A DNA stretch of 64,000 nt. It comes from Dehalococcoidia bacterium (lineage in GTDB: Bacteria; Chloroflexota; Dehalococcoidia; Lucifugimonadales; GCA-2712585). Under the pieces are notes generated by a model, which saw nothing but the letters and a program-made list of their open reading frames with translations, was not told the DNA's origin and did no database searches. Location: contig CBDBNU010000003.1 in the NCBI GenBank assembly GCA_965207845.1, forward strand, positions 52,941-116,940. Reading direction: 5' to 3'. Each line of letters starts with the position of its first letter. Position 1 is the first letter of the stretch. The position numbers and the translations under genes are program-made. Below, piece by piece: positions 36,422 to 45,655 of this stretch.

Positions 36422-37564
36422 ATGCGAGTAGTGATTGCGCCACAGTCTTTCAAGGGGAGCGTTTCCGGGCCGGATGCCGCCCGGGCCATTGAGGAGGGGG
36501 TTCTCCGCATATTTCCCGAGGCGGAAACAGTGCTGATTCCCGTGGCCGACGGCGGCGACGGGACGCTGGACGCGCTAGTCGACGCCACCGCGGGCCGGAC
36601 CTTCACCAACCGGGTGAACGGGCCGCTCCGAGGCCGGGTCCGGGCAAGGTGGGGCGTCATGGGCGACGGGAAGACGGCCGTAATCGAGATGGCCCAAGCG
36701 TCGGGGCTGGCACTGCTTGCGTACAAGGACCGTAACCCGCGCCACACCACAACCTACGGCACAGGCCAGCTCATCAAGCGCGCTTTGGAGAGGGGCTACC
36801 GGCGCATCATCGTCGGCATGGGAGGCAGCGCCACCAACGACGGCGGGGCGGGGATGGCGTGGGCATTGGGAGCGCGATTCTATGACGCGAAGGGCCTACC
36901 GCTGCCCCCCGGAGGGGCGGGTCTCTCTCGCCTGGCTACTATCGACGTATCGAGGCTGCACCCCGCCCTGAAGCGGACGGAAATCATCGCCGCCTCCGAC
37001 GTGGAGAACCCCCTCTGCGGCCCGGAAGGTGCGTCCGCCGTCTACGGCCCTCAGAAGGGAGCAAGCGCCAGAACGGTGCAGTCGCTGGACAAGGCCCTGC
37101 AACACTACGCCACCGTCATCCATGATTCCCTGGGCCTGGACGTGGCCGACCGGCCCGGCGCGGGGGCCGCCGGAGGGCTGGGCGCCGGACTCATGGCTTT
37201 CTGCGGCGGACAGGTGCAGTCCGGTATTGACATTGTCTGTGAAGCGGTGGACTTCGACGCCCGCCTGAGGGGGGCGGACCTGGTCATCACCGGCGAGGGT
37301 CGAACCGACGCCTCCACTGTATACAACAAAGCCCCGGTGGGTGTGGCCCGCCGCGCCGCGCCGCTGGGGATACCCGTGATTGTGCTTGCGGGGAGCCTGG
37401 GCAGGGGGTTCGAAGCCGTCTACGAGCACGGCATCACCGCGGCGATGAGCATCGTCGATAGGCCCCTGTCCATGAGGGTGAGCGTGGCCAGGACCTCCGA
37501 GATGCTGGCGGCGGCTGCGGAGCGGGCCATGCGCCTGCTGGCCATACAGATTCCGGTCAGCTAA
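36422..37564 (+). CDS. glxK: glycerate kinase
   Basis: MRVVIAPQSFKGSVS N-terminus, GGSATNDGGAGM, ITGEGRTDASTVYNKAP. 380 aa. Confidence 0.88.
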   Translation: MRVVIAPQSFKGSVSGPDAARAIEEGVLRIFPEAETVLIPVADGGDGTLDALVDATAGRTFTNRVNGPLRGRVRARWGVMGDGKTAVIEMAQASGLALLAYKDRNPRHTTTYGTGQLIKRALERGYRRIIVGMGGSATNDGGAGMAWALGARFYDAKGLPLPPGGAGLSRLATIDVSRLHPALKRTEIIAASDVENPLCGPEGASAVYGPQKGASARTVQSLDKALQHYATVIHDSLGLDVADRPGAGAAGGLGAGLMAFCGGQVQSGIDIVCEAVDFDARLRGADLVITGEGRTDASTVYNKAPVGVARRAAPLGIPVIVLAGSLGRGFEAVYEHGITAAMSIVDRPLSMRVSVARTSEMLAAAAERAMRLLAIQIPVS

Positions 37565-37570
37565 AAAGAA

Positions 37571-37606
37571 CGCCGCCTCCCCGGGAATGCCCTTGGGGAG
37601 GCGGCG
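37571..37606. terminator. bidirectional intrinsic terminator between convergent genes
   Basis: 12-bp stem CGCCGCCTCCCC / GGGGAGGCGGCG with a 12-nt loop. CTTTGCGTT follows on the plus strand and TTCTTTTT on the minus strand. Confidence 0.7.
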
Positions 37607-37631
37607 CTTTGCGTTCGACTTGAGGTTGGTA

Positions 37632-38564
37632 TTAGGAGCCGGTGGTGAAGGTGAGGTCCTGCTGCATGAGAAGATTCAGGAGGCTCACGTTGGCATCGAA
37701 GGGGACCATTTCAGCCGCCTGAACTCCTGCGCCATCGATCCATGCGTAGAAGTTGACAGTTTCGCCACCAAACAGTATGGAAGGCGGTTCAACCTTCAGC
37801 TGGGCGTAATTGCCTCCGCTGGTTAGCGCGGACTGCGTTGCGTATATTGCGCCGTCCTTCACTATCTCCGCATAGATTTCGATACCGTCTTCCGGCGATT
37901 CGCCGTCGATGGTGACCGTTCCATTGTAGATGTTAGGGAAGGGCGGCGGCGATATGGCGCCTTCCGTGGACGGGGGCAGCGGCGTAGGAACGGGTCTGCC
38001 CGTCATCACGGGGGTGGGCTCCGGCGTCGGCTCAGGTGTAACCTCCGGTGTGGGTTCCGGCGTTGGGTCGGGGGTGGGCTCCGGCGTCGGGTCAGGTGTG
38101 GGTTCGGGGGTGGCAGTGGGAGGGGCCGCAGGCGTCGGGTCAGGCGTCGGAGGCGCAACCTCGCAGACCACGCCGTCGTTGTCGCTGTCGACTACGTTTA
38201 CCAATACGGAGGGGAAGCCAATCCCGGTGCCAACGTTCCCTCGCAGGCGCCGCTCACCTGCCTCTTCAGCTTCGAAACACGTCTGATATTTGAACTGCGT
38301 CCCCGGGTCAGGAGTGGGGGTTGGCTCGGGGGTTGGGGGCGGTGTGGGCTCGGGCGTGGGGGCCGGAGTCGGGGCAGGCGTTGGCGCGGGTGTGGGGGCC
38401 GGAGTGGGCGCGACCGTGGGTGGAGGCGCGGGCGTGGCCGCCACGATGGTTGGCTCGGGGGTGGCTGTCTCTTCTTCTCTGTCCCCGCAAGCGACCACAG
38501 CCAGAGCCATGAGCGCGAGGGCCAGCACGATTAGATATCTCAATTCAATTACTCCTTTGGACAA
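37632..38564 (-). CDS. secreted Pro/Thr-rich protein with Excalibur Ca-binding motif, probable lipoprotein
   Basis: Signal with LAVVAC lipobox-like site. Two PT/PE-repeat linkers. DSDNDGVVCE (DxDxDGxxCE). C-terminal beta-rich domain. Confidence 0.7.
   Translation of the reverse strand: MSKGVIELRYLIVLALALMALAVVACGDREEETATPEPTIVAATPAPPPTVAPTPAPTPAPTPAPTPAPTPEPTPPPTPEPTPTPDPGTQFKYQTCFEAEEAGERRLRGNVGTGIGFPSVLVNVVDSDNDGVVCEVAPPTPDPTPAAPPTATPEPTPDPTPEPTPDPTPEPTPEVTPEPTPEPTPVMTGRPVPTPLPPSTEGAISPPPFPNIYNGTVTIDGESPEDGIEIYAEIVKDGAIYATQSALTSGGNYAQLKVEPPSILFGGETVNFYAWIDGAGVQAAEMVPFDANVSLLNLLMQQDLTFTTGS
37975..38455. repeat. low-complexity coding repeats (PTPEPTP/PTPAPTP linkers)
   Basis: Imperfect GGnTCnGGnGTnGG periodicity on the plus strand, matching the Pro/Thr linkers of the minus-strand gene. 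Confidence 0.6.
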
Positions 38565-38760
38565 CGACCGGCAAGCGCAGGCCGAGGTCGTAGATTATGT
38601 AAGATAAGTATACAAAGGCGTTCTGATAGTTTTCTACAGATTTTCGACTGATTGCCGCGATGTTGCGCCCTGACCATCCTCACAAGAGAATACGACAATA
38701 GGGCTAGAATCGTTCCATTTCCCCACAAATCTCGTAGTTGTTGACTAAGAACGCGCCGAC

Positions 38761-39582
38761 TCAGTTCCTCAACAGCAGTCCCGGTTGACAACGGCGGCAG
38801 TAGCTGGTGATGCGCTGGTTGCTGCCTATCTGCGTGATGGCGGCGCCGCACCGGGGGCAGGGATCGCCCCCCTTGTTGTGCACCCTGAGGAAGTCCCTGA
38901 TCTTGCGATGGATGTTGGAGCCCACCCTTGGCCGCAACTCCTCCATGGCCCAACGTACAACGGCGGGGGCGGCCTCCAGCAGACGCCGCCTTTCGTCCTG
39001 CGACAGATCGCGTTTCTTGCGGAAGGGATAGATTCCTGCTTCGAAAAGAATCTCGTCGGAGTAGGCGTTGCCGATGCCGGAGAGCACCCGACCGCGGGTG
39101 AGGATGCCCTTGATCTCGCCATAGAAGGGACGGAGCAATTCTTCGAATTCCTCAAGGGAGACGTCATCCAGAACGTCGGGGCCCTGTTCGGCCAGACTTG
39201 GCACATGGGCCATGGCCTGTGCGTCCACGTAGTAGACGCGCCCCATCTGGCGCTGGTCCAGGTAGCGCAGGTCCCAACCGTCGGAAAGGGTGATGACGAA
39301 GCAGACCCGCTTGAAGAGCTTGTCCGTCGACAGGCAGTGCTGAAATGCGCCGGTGAGCATGGGGTTGACCACCAGCGAAGTGCCGCCGCTGAAGGACGCC
39401 AGGAGGAACTTTCCCCTGCGTTTCACGGTTTCCAGCCGGCGACCCTGGACGTCTTCGGCGAATTCGGCGTGGAGGGAGCGGACCACGGTGGGCTTCAATA
39501 CGCGCGCAGCAACGATTTCCCGGCCCGCTGCGGCGTCGTTCAGGTAGTCCTTGATTATCTCCAGGTCCGGCGCTTCGGGCAT
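38761..39582 (-). CDS. mutM: formamidopyrimidine/endonuclease VIII-family DNA glycosylase
   Basis: N-terminal MPEAPDLE (catalytic Pro2/Glu3). H2TH region. C-terminal zinc finger CPRCGAAI...CRRCQ. Confidence 0.85.
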   Translation of the reverse strand: MPEAPDLEIIKDYLNDAAAGREIVAARVLKPTVVRSLHAEFAEDVQGRRLETVKRRGKFLLASFSGGTSLVVNPMLTGAFQHCLSTDKLFKRVCFVITLSDGWDLRYLDQRQMGRVYYVDAQAMAHVPSLAEQGPDVLDDVSLEEFEELLRPFYGEIKGILTRGRVLSGIGNAYSDEILFEAGIYPFRKKRDLSQDERRRLLEAAPAVVRWAMEELRPRVGSNIHRKIRDFLRVHNKGGDPCPRCGAAITQIGSNQRITSYCRRCQPGLLLRN

Positions 39583-39642
39583 TTTCCTTCCCTCAACCGG
39601 ATTTCAGGTGGGGGGGCGTTTCTCGGCAAGCTCACAGAGAGC

Positions 39643-40035
39643 CTACTCAGACTGCTCCAACGGCACGGCGAGCCACGAGATTATCTTGCGAAGGGAATCG
39701 TAGGCTTCCAGGCGCGCTTCCTTGGTGCCCCGAGCTTCCGCCTTCTCCATCACGTCCTGCATCTGACGCACCACCCTGGGGCCGATCTCCAGCAGCCCGT
39801 CGCTGCCGGAGGAGGCCCACTTGGCGATGATGAAACGGGCCAGAGCGCCCACGGGTATGTCCTGGCTGCGGCTCATCCTGTCCAGGGTGGACATGGGGTC
39901 CGACTTGCTGTAGATAGCCACCTGCTGCTTGAAGTTGGCGTTCCTGTCGTCCTCCGCCCAGGGGCCTTCGAAGGGCTGAAGCAGCACCCACCGGCCCTCC
40001 GGTTCCGGTAAATCACTCGTGTTCCTACAATCCAC
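39643..40035 (-). CDS. hypothetical 130-aa protein
   Basis: Host-like composition, no recognisable motif. Position of the start is uncertain. Confidence 0.45.
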   Translation of the reverse strand: MDCRNTSDLPEPEGRWVLLQPFEGPWAEDDRNANFKQQVAIYSKSDPMSTLDRMSRSQDIPVGALARFIIAKWASSGSDGLLEIGPRVVRQMQDVMEKAEARGTKEARLEAYDSLRKIISWLAVPLEQSE

Positions 40036-40126
40036 AATGTCCCTCGCACTCGTTGATGAATCCGTTTACCTCTTGCTCAGTCACATCCAACTTTACCGCC
40101 TCAGCAAGAGGCAGTCGGCCGTAACG

Positions 40127-43100
40127 CTAGCGCCGCCGCATAAAGAATATCGCGGCTGCAGCACCAATTGCCAGAGCCGCAGATACCCCTGCTGCAATTG
40201 AAACCAGCAGGGGATTGAAGCCCTCCTCATCCCTATCGTCAAACGTGGGAATTACCGGAGCCTGTGATGAACTCTGGGACAAATCCCTGGGTTGGTTGCC
40301 AAATTCCTCCCAACCCGACTGGCCATCGCCGTTGAAGTCCACCTTCAGGGCCGGGTACTGACTGCTTGTTCCAAAGTCCCAAGCCTTGGCTATGTCCTCG
40401 GTAATCGGGTATCCGTAGTATCTTACGCCCTCTAATAATTGTTTCCAACCGGCATATATGCCCGAATAGTCCGTAGGTTCTTGCAATTCTGAAGTGGTTT
40501 TGCCGATGACTTGAACTTCGCCATCCCACCACGGAAGAGGGAAATGGGCTTCATTAGACGGGTCGCTCTCTCCCGCTCCTGCGAGTTCTCCGGTTGCTTC
40601 GGTATCCCAAAAGCTCTCTATCACGGCCCCACGAATTCTCCCAACGAGCCCTCCCACCTTTTCTTCGCCGACTACGCTCGCTGTCGCAAGACAGTTGATG
40701 ATTGCAGCCGGGCTCTCCGCGCCGCCGTTCCATCCAACAAGGCCACCTACAAATCGCTTGCCAGCCACGCTGCCCGCGGAGTAACTGGCGAGGACATTAC
40801 GGTTATTGTCTCCGACCAGTCCGCCAACGGATTTGACACCTGCCACGCCGGCGTTGGCGTAGCTGGTTTCTACAATGCCCGAGTTCCATCCCGCGAGACC
40901 CCCTACGGATTCTCTTCCCGACACCTGGCCTGTAGCATAGCTGGTCCTCACGGTGGACACGTTCCCACCAATGAGCCCACCTACACTCCTATCCCCTTTA
41001 GTTGTACCATTGGCGTGACTGGCATTGACCAATCCGTGGGAATATCCTACGAGACCGCCTACATAGTGCGTTCCGTTTACATTCGCCTCCGAAAAACTGA
41101 ATGCAATTGGGCATTCACTGTCTTCGTTGCACAACGGAAGGTGCCATCCCACAAGCCCGCCGGTGTGGAAGTTTCCGGATATGTTTCCGCTGGCGTAACT
41201 TCCGCTGACAGTTCCCCCATTTATTCCCACCAGGGACCCAACGTCACGGCCGCCGACGATGTTCACGTCCCCCAGTTTTACTCCTCGGATGATGGAGTCA
41301 GGACCCGTGTATCCAAAGAGCCCCGTTGCTCCTGCGTCGTCCAAGATAGTGGTTCGGTGAATATACAGGTTGCTGATTGTGTAACCGTTTCCCTCCAAGG
41401 TGGCGTTGAACGTGTTCTCGATTTCCTCAATTCCAATGGGAAGCCAGCCGCTGCCCGTCATCCATAGAGGGTTGGGCATGCCGGATGCATAGCTGTCGGA
41501 AACCTGGAAGTCCAGAGGGCGGGTCAATTCATAGCCGGTACATTGGTCACAAGCACCGGTGGCGGGGGCGTGAAAGGCCAGGGCGTAGATTGCGGCCCCA
41601 TCATCATCGGGCGATCCATCGCCATCCAGATCGTATCGAATAGCGTTCAACTGCTCCAGATTAGAGATTTCGATCAGTCCATCGGAGTCGCTATCTAGGT
41701 TGACGCCGTCTTGGGACGAAGGCGTTGGGGCAGGCGTAGGCATGAGGGTTAGAGAAGCCGGAGCCGTCGCCAAGGAAGGATCTCTACCCTGATTGCCGAA
41801 CTCCTTCCACGTCGGAACACCATTCTCGTCGAAGTCAGCCACGAGGGCCGGATACTGGCTGCCTGTGCCAAAATCCCAGAAATCGCCGCTGCCTGTTTCC
41901 AGGGTGAAGTCCCCGTCGGCATTGTCCAAGTCAATGTTCCAAATGTCGTATATGCCGTTGAATCCCGTGGGCGATTGCATTTCGGTGGTGGTCTTGCCTG
42001 GCTCCACCGGCGGATTGCCTTCGCCAGCGCCATTATTCTGTGCAGAGGTGTTAATGTCCCAGAAACTGGAGATGATTCTGCCGGGATTTCTGCCCGCCAG
42101 TCCGCCAACCACGCTTTCGCCGGTTACTCCGCCGGTAGCATAGCTGGATATCACAGTGCCCGGGCCGCCCTCATCCCTCCGGTCTACCCAAGGCATTGAG
42201 TTGTCTCCGATCAGCCCTCCAATCACCCTGGTCCCTGACACGCCACCGGTAGCATAGCTGGCCACGATACTGCCCGAATTGCCTCCCGCCAAGCCACCAA
42301 CAACGCTGTCTCCCATCACGTTCCCCGTTGCATAACTGGCTATAACGTTACTGGGATAGAAGTCGTACTCGTTGACCCCGACCAGACCGCCCACGCTTGA
42401 TTCGCCGGTCACGTTGCCCATTGCGTAGGTGGAAACGATCAGTCCCTCTTCATTCCGCCCGACAAGCCCACCTACTTCCAGATCCCCGGACACGTCGCCG
42501 GATGCATAGCTGAATTCGACTGCACATGCCTTGTGGTCGCTTTCCTTGTGGCTCCATCCGACCACTCCTCCTACTGACTTCTCGCCGGATACTGTTACCA
42601 CGGCGTAGCTGAACCTGACCACGCCATTGTTTATACCTGTCAGCCCTCCCACGTTATCTTTGCCGTTTACCTTCCCGGTAACGTACGAGTTGATTATCTC
42701 ACCTTCATTCCGCCCCACCAAGCCGCCTACGTTGTTTTCTCCTTTGACATTTGCGTTCCTCAGTCCAACATTTCGAATCACGCTGTCCATTCCGGCCCAG
42801 CCGAAGAGGCCCGCAACAGAGAAGTGTGGAAGCTCGTGCTTTATACCTCTGGTATTGAGATTGCTGATGGTATGCCCATTCCCTTCGAATTCCGCAGAAA
42901 AGCGGCTCCTATTCGCGCCAACAGGAAGCCACCCTCTATCTGTTCCTGAAACGTAGCTATCGGGATCTTTGAAGTCCAAGTCCCTTGCCAATTCGTACCC
43001 ACCGCAAGGTTCCGCGCACGCAGCTTCCAGAGCCGTGCGGTCAAAAGCCTCATAGTAAGCGCCATTGTCATCTGGATTGTCAGGGATGCCGTCGCCATTT

Positions 43101-43333
43101 AGATCATGGCGCACGGCATCCAACTGTTCTATGTAGAGAATCTCAATAAGGCCGTCGTCATCCGGGTCGTAGCTTCGATTGTTTGCTTCGACGCTGATGG
43201 CGTCGTGAGGTTGAGTCCCGTCGCGAGTTAGTGTAAGGCTGGAAGAGTCCTCGTCACTATTGTTGCAAGTGAGCACGAAGGAAAGAGTGAGTACCACGCC
43301 GATTGACCACATTACTATTTTGGACAATTTCAT
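40127..43333 (-). CDS. 1068-aa cell-surface GLUG-repeat protein with signal peptide and C-terminal TM anchor
   Basis: Dozens of VGGLVG/VGGLAG (GLUG) repeats. Two copies of a module: DxDGDGLIEI...QL.A.R.DL.GDG, then GNG(H/Y)TISNL, then GLUG run, then WDFGT(G/S)SQYPAL. Ends with a hydrophobic helix plus RRR. Confidence 0.8.
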   Translation of the reverse strand: MKLSKIVMWSIGVVLTLSFVLTCNNSDEDSSSLTLTRDGTQPHDAISVEANNRSYDPDDDGLIEILYIEQLDAVRHDLNGDGIPDNPDDNGAYYEAFDRTALEAACAEPCGGYELARDLDFKDPDSYVSGTDRGWLPVGANRSRFSAEFEGNGHTISNLNTRGIKHELPHFSVAGLFGWAGMDSVIRNVGLRNANVKGENNVGGLVGRNEGEIINSYVTGKVNGKDNVGGLTGINNGVVRFSYAVVTVSGEKSVGGVVGWSHKESDHKACAVEFSYASGDVSGDLEVGGLVGRNEEGLIVSTYAMGNVTGESSVGGLVGVNEYDFYPSNVIASYATGNVMGDSVVGGLAGGNSGSIVASYATGGVSGTRVIGGLIGDNSMPWVDRRDEGGPGTVISSYATGGVTGESVVGGLAGRNPGRIISSFWDINTSAQNNGAGEGNPPVEPGKTTTEMQSPTGFNGIYDIWNIDLDNADGDFTLETGSGDFWDFGTGSQYPALVADFDENGVPTWKEFGNQGRDPSLATAPASLTLMPTPAPTPSSQDGVNLDSDSDGLIEISNLEQLNAIRYDLDGDGSPDDDGAAIYALAFHAPATGACDQCTGYELTRPLDFQVSDSYASGMPNPLWMTGSGWLPIGIEEIENTFNATLEGNGYTISNLYIHRTTILDDAGATGLFGYTGPDSIIRGVKLGDVNIVGGRDVGSLVGINGGTVSGSYASGNISGNFHTGGLVGWHLPLCNEDSECPIAFSFSEANVNGTHYVGGLVGYSHGLVNASHANGTTKGDRSVGGLIGGNVSTVRTSYATGQVSGRESVGGLAGWNSGIVETSYANAGVAGVKSVGGLVGDNNRNVLASYSAGSVAGKRFVGGLVGWNGGAESPAAIINCLATASVVGEEKVGGLVGRIRGAVIESFWDTEATGELAGAGESDPSNEAHFPLPWWDGEVQVIGKTTSELQEPTDYSGIYAGWKQLLEGVRYYGYPITEDIAKAWDFGTSSQYPALKVDFNGDGQSGWEEFGNQPRDLSQSSSQAPVIPTFDDRDEEGFNPLLVSIAAGVSAALAIGAAAAIFFMRRR

Positions 43334-43404
43334 TTCTTATGTCCAAGCTAGTTTCATTCAACGCCTCCGTCATTTCTCGATATAATCATTTCCCCCCGCG
43401 GGGG

Positions 43405-44406
43405 TCATTCCTCGTCCCTTGGGGCGAGGGCTTCTATGGCGGCGCGGTAAGAGTTCAGCGCGCCGCCGGCGGAGAAGGGGGCGATGACGGGCATCTGGAT
43501 GCCCAGGGCGCGTCGACGCTGGATCTCGCTCCGGCAGTGTTCCATGCCGCCGACCACGGCCAACGTGCCCTGCATCTCGTCGGTGACGGACTTGGCCGCC
43601 GCCGCCCGGTTGCCCTCCGCCAGATAACGCCCGATGGCCTCAGCTTCGTCCGGGAAGCCGGTGTCGGCGAAGAAGTTCCGGTAATACTCCATGCCGCAGT
43701 AGCGGAGAATCTGCTGCACCAGGGGGGTGCGCACCAGGTTCCTGTCCGGCGTGACGGCGACGCGGATGTAGCAGGCCACGTGGATTTCGTCGAGGTCTCG
43801 ACCGGCCCGCGCCGCGCCGATGTCCAGGTGCTCCAGGGCGCGCTCCAGGTACGCAGGTGCCGCCCAGTTCAGCAGCACTCCGTCGGCCAGCTCTCCCGCA
43901 AGTTCCAGCATCTGCGGGCCAAGGGCGGCGATGTAGATGGGAACGTCGCACTCGCCGCCGAAGCCGAGGCTGCCGTCCTTCACGTTGAACATCTTACCCT
44001 CGTAGTTGACGCGCTCTCCCTGAAGCAGCTTGCGAACCACTTCCACCGTCTCCCGGATGCGGGTCATGGGGCGACGGAAGGGGACTCCGTGGGTGCCCTC
44101 GGCGGAGCCGCGATGTCCCACGCCCAGGCCAAGGGTGAAGCGGCTGCCGGAGACGATGTCCATGCCGAGGGCCGTCATTGCGGTGAGGCCCGGGGTGCGG
44201 GCGAAGACGGGGAGAATGCCGGTGCCAAGCCGCACGGTGCTGGTGGCGCCGGCGAAGGCGGACAGCCGGGTGATGGAATCGGAACCGCCGCCTTCGGGCA
44301 CCCAGATCATGTCGTAGCCGAGAGACTCGGCCAGCTGAGCGAGCCCGATGGAATCTTCGAAGTTGATGTATGGGATGGGATCCAGCCGAACACCCAATGA
44401 ATCCAT
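43405..44406 (-). CDS. LLM-class (luciferase-like) flavin/F420-dependent oxidoreductase
   Basis: 333 aa. LAESLGYDMIWVPE, FTLGLGVGH and IAPFSAG patterns are typical of the LLM family. Confidence 0.8.
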   Translation of the reverse strand: MDSLGVRLDPIPYINFEDSIGLAQLAESLGYDMIWVPEGGGSDSITRLSAFAGATSTVRLGTGILPVFARTPGLTAMTALGMDIVSGSRFTLGLGVGHRGSAEGTHGVPFRRPMTRIRETVEVVRKLLQGERVNYEGKMFNVKDGSLGFGGECDVPIYIAALGPQMLELAGELADGVLLNWAAPAYLERALEHLDIGAARAGRDLDEIHVACYIRVAVTPDRNLVRTPLVQQILRYCGMEYYRNFFADTGFPDEAEAIGRYLAEGNRAAAAKSVTDEMQGTLAVVGGMEHCRSEIQRRRALGIQMPVIAPFSAGGALNSYRAAIEALAPRDEE

Positions 44407-44510
44407 TTTTCTGCCCCCTTCATCCTGTCTGAACGTCTCGGAAAAGCGAGACGACGCGGGAGTGGTTGCGAAAGGCCGTACAGGTACGAATGTGGGAGAA
44501 CCCTCGCTGG

Positions 44511-44546
44511 CTTTACCCTACTTCAAAGGCGGAAGGACGGCAAGGC
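44511..44546 (+). repeat. 36-nt direct repeat, copy A (CTTTACCCTACTTCAAAGGCGGAAGGACGGCAAGGC)
   Basis: Matches 46743-46778 (GTTTACCCTACCTGAAAGGGGGAAGGGCGACAAGGC) at about 30 of 36 positions in the same orientation. Confidence 0.7.
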
Positions 44547-44597
44547 TTTGGGGCGTGGGCTTGTCTGCTGCCGATTGGGTCACGCCGTAAATGGAAA

Positions 44598-44617
44598 GCC
44601 CCCATTTCAGAGGGGGC
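44598..44617 (-). terminator. putative terminator of the mini-protein cluster
   Basis: GCCCCC-N8-GGGGGC hairpin followed on the minus strand by TTTCCATTTA, about 50 nt downstream of the last mini-gene. Confidence 0.45.
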
Positions 44618-44665
44618 ATCGGATGTGGGAGTTGGGGATGGCGAGGGGGAGGGGCGAGGGAAGGA

Positions 44666-44941
44666 CTATGACCAACCTTCCGTGGGAGGCTTGCTCCGAT
44701 TCCAGAACTGCCACCAGCTACGGTCCTTCTTGGATGTTGAGGCTTTGTCCTTTTGCTTCTGTTCGTCCAGGGCACGGGCGCGCCGTTCGATCTCCTTACG
44801 GATATCGCTCTCGAAACTTGACCGGAACTGCTTCTCGACTTTTGCCATGCGATCCGGTGGCTGACGACGCCCGGTTCGCTTAGCTTCTCGCTGGTCTATG
44901 TAGGATTTTGAGAGCTCCCTGGGGTCCCGAACTCTATTCAT
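44666..44941 (-). CDS. charged mini-protein paralog 4 (91 aa, degenerate tail KKDRSWWQFW plus 11 aa)
   Basis: AAGGAGGGG ribosome-binding site 8 nt upstream. E/K/R/Q-rich. Tail DNA GAACTGCCACCAGC is related to the other three paralogs. Confidence 0.6.
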   Translation of the reverse strand: MNRVRDPRELSKSYIDQREAKRTGRRQPPDRMAKVEKQFRSSFESDIRKEIERRARALDEQKQKDKASTSKKDRSWWQFWNRSKPPTEGWS

Positions 44942-45027
44942 GTGCTACCCCTCCTTGGGCTGCGCAGAATTCAGTGCTCTGGATTATCTGACTCAAGATG
45001 GGCTTTGTCTGGCTGCCGCTGGCCGTC

Positions 45028-45252
45028 CTACAACCCTATGAAGAACCGCCACCAGCGGCTTTTTTTCTTCAATGCTTCCCTCTTCTGTTTCTGCTCCTCT
45101 AGAAGCCTGGCTTGTTCTTCCTTCTCTGCTGCTTGAGTGTGTTTACTCATTTCAAATTTGCGCAGCGCCTCTTCGTGCATACGCTGATTTTCGCGCGTGG
45201 TCTCAAGGCGCCCCACGTAATCGTCTGCCGGGCCTGTCGTTCTAAATCCCAT
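45028..45252 (-). CDS. charged mini-protein paralog 3 (74 aa, tail KKKSRWWRFFIGL)
   Basis: GGAAAGGA ribosome-binding site. N-terminal TGPADDY motif shared with paralog 2. No TM helix or signal peptide. Confidence 0.65.
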   Translation of the reverse strand: MGFRTTGPADDYVGRLETTRENQRMHEEALRKFEMSKHTQAAEKEEQARLLEEQKQKREALKKKSRWWRFFIGL

Positions 45253-45341
45253 AATCGAATCCTTTCCACCTGCTCAAGATAGAGTGGCAAATGTGAGCAG
45301 ACTCATGATAACTACTGGGCTGGCTAACGCCAGCTTGCCAA

Positions 45342-45572
45342 CTACCCAATAAAGAACCGCCACCAGCGCCCGCGCTTCTTCTTGGCCTCTGGAAAGTTCT
45401 CCACAGGCACCTGTTCCTCGTACGCTACTGGATAGTCTTCATCCTCCTCCGGGTAATTCGAATCCTCCATCGCCTGAATGTGCCGCTGCATTTCCTCCCG
45501 CTGCTGTCTCTCGTAATCGGCTGCACGACGGCTCTTGTATTGATCTGCCGGTCCACGTCCAGTAAGACTCAT
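45342..45572 (-). CDS. charged mini-protein paralog 2 (76 aa, tail KKKRGRWWRFFIG)
   Basis: AGGAGGAGG ribosome-binding site. N-terminal RGPADQY. Acidic middle section. Confidence 0.65.
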   Translation of the reverse strand: MSLTGRGPADQYKSRRAADYERQQREEMQRHIQAMEDSNYPEEDEDYPVAYEEQVPVENFPEAKKKRGRWWRFFIG

Positions 45573-45655
45573 AGCTACGCCTCCTCCTGATCACAACAAA
45601 ATCCAGTATACCAGCAATCTCAAGATATTCTCCCGGCTGGTAGTTGTATGCCGGG

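Noticed and set aside
34942-36750. 473-aa plus-strand ORF, 294-aa minus off-frame ORF and the 138-aa N-terminal extension of the M20 amidohydrolase ORF
   Set aside because: They are antisense, off-frame or upstream junk. The amidohydrolase begins at MTSKQEL (36336), and the extension would run into the glxK promoter region.
37975-38455. Periodic DNA here and at 60021-60290, considered as possible CRISPR arrays
   Set aside because: The units are contiguous with no unique spacers, lie inside long ORFs and encode Pro/Thr linkers. No cas genes are present.
38785-40011. 408-aa plus-strand ORF
   Set aside because: It spans two independent minus-strand genes (fpg/nei and the 130-aa ORF) and their intergenic gap, with a junk translation.
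40511-41467. 318-aa plus-strand ORF
   Set aside because: Antisense to the GLUG-repeat gene, whose repeat structure is unmistakable.
43303-44400. 365-aa plus-strand ORF
   Set aside because: Antisense to the LLM oxidoreductase.
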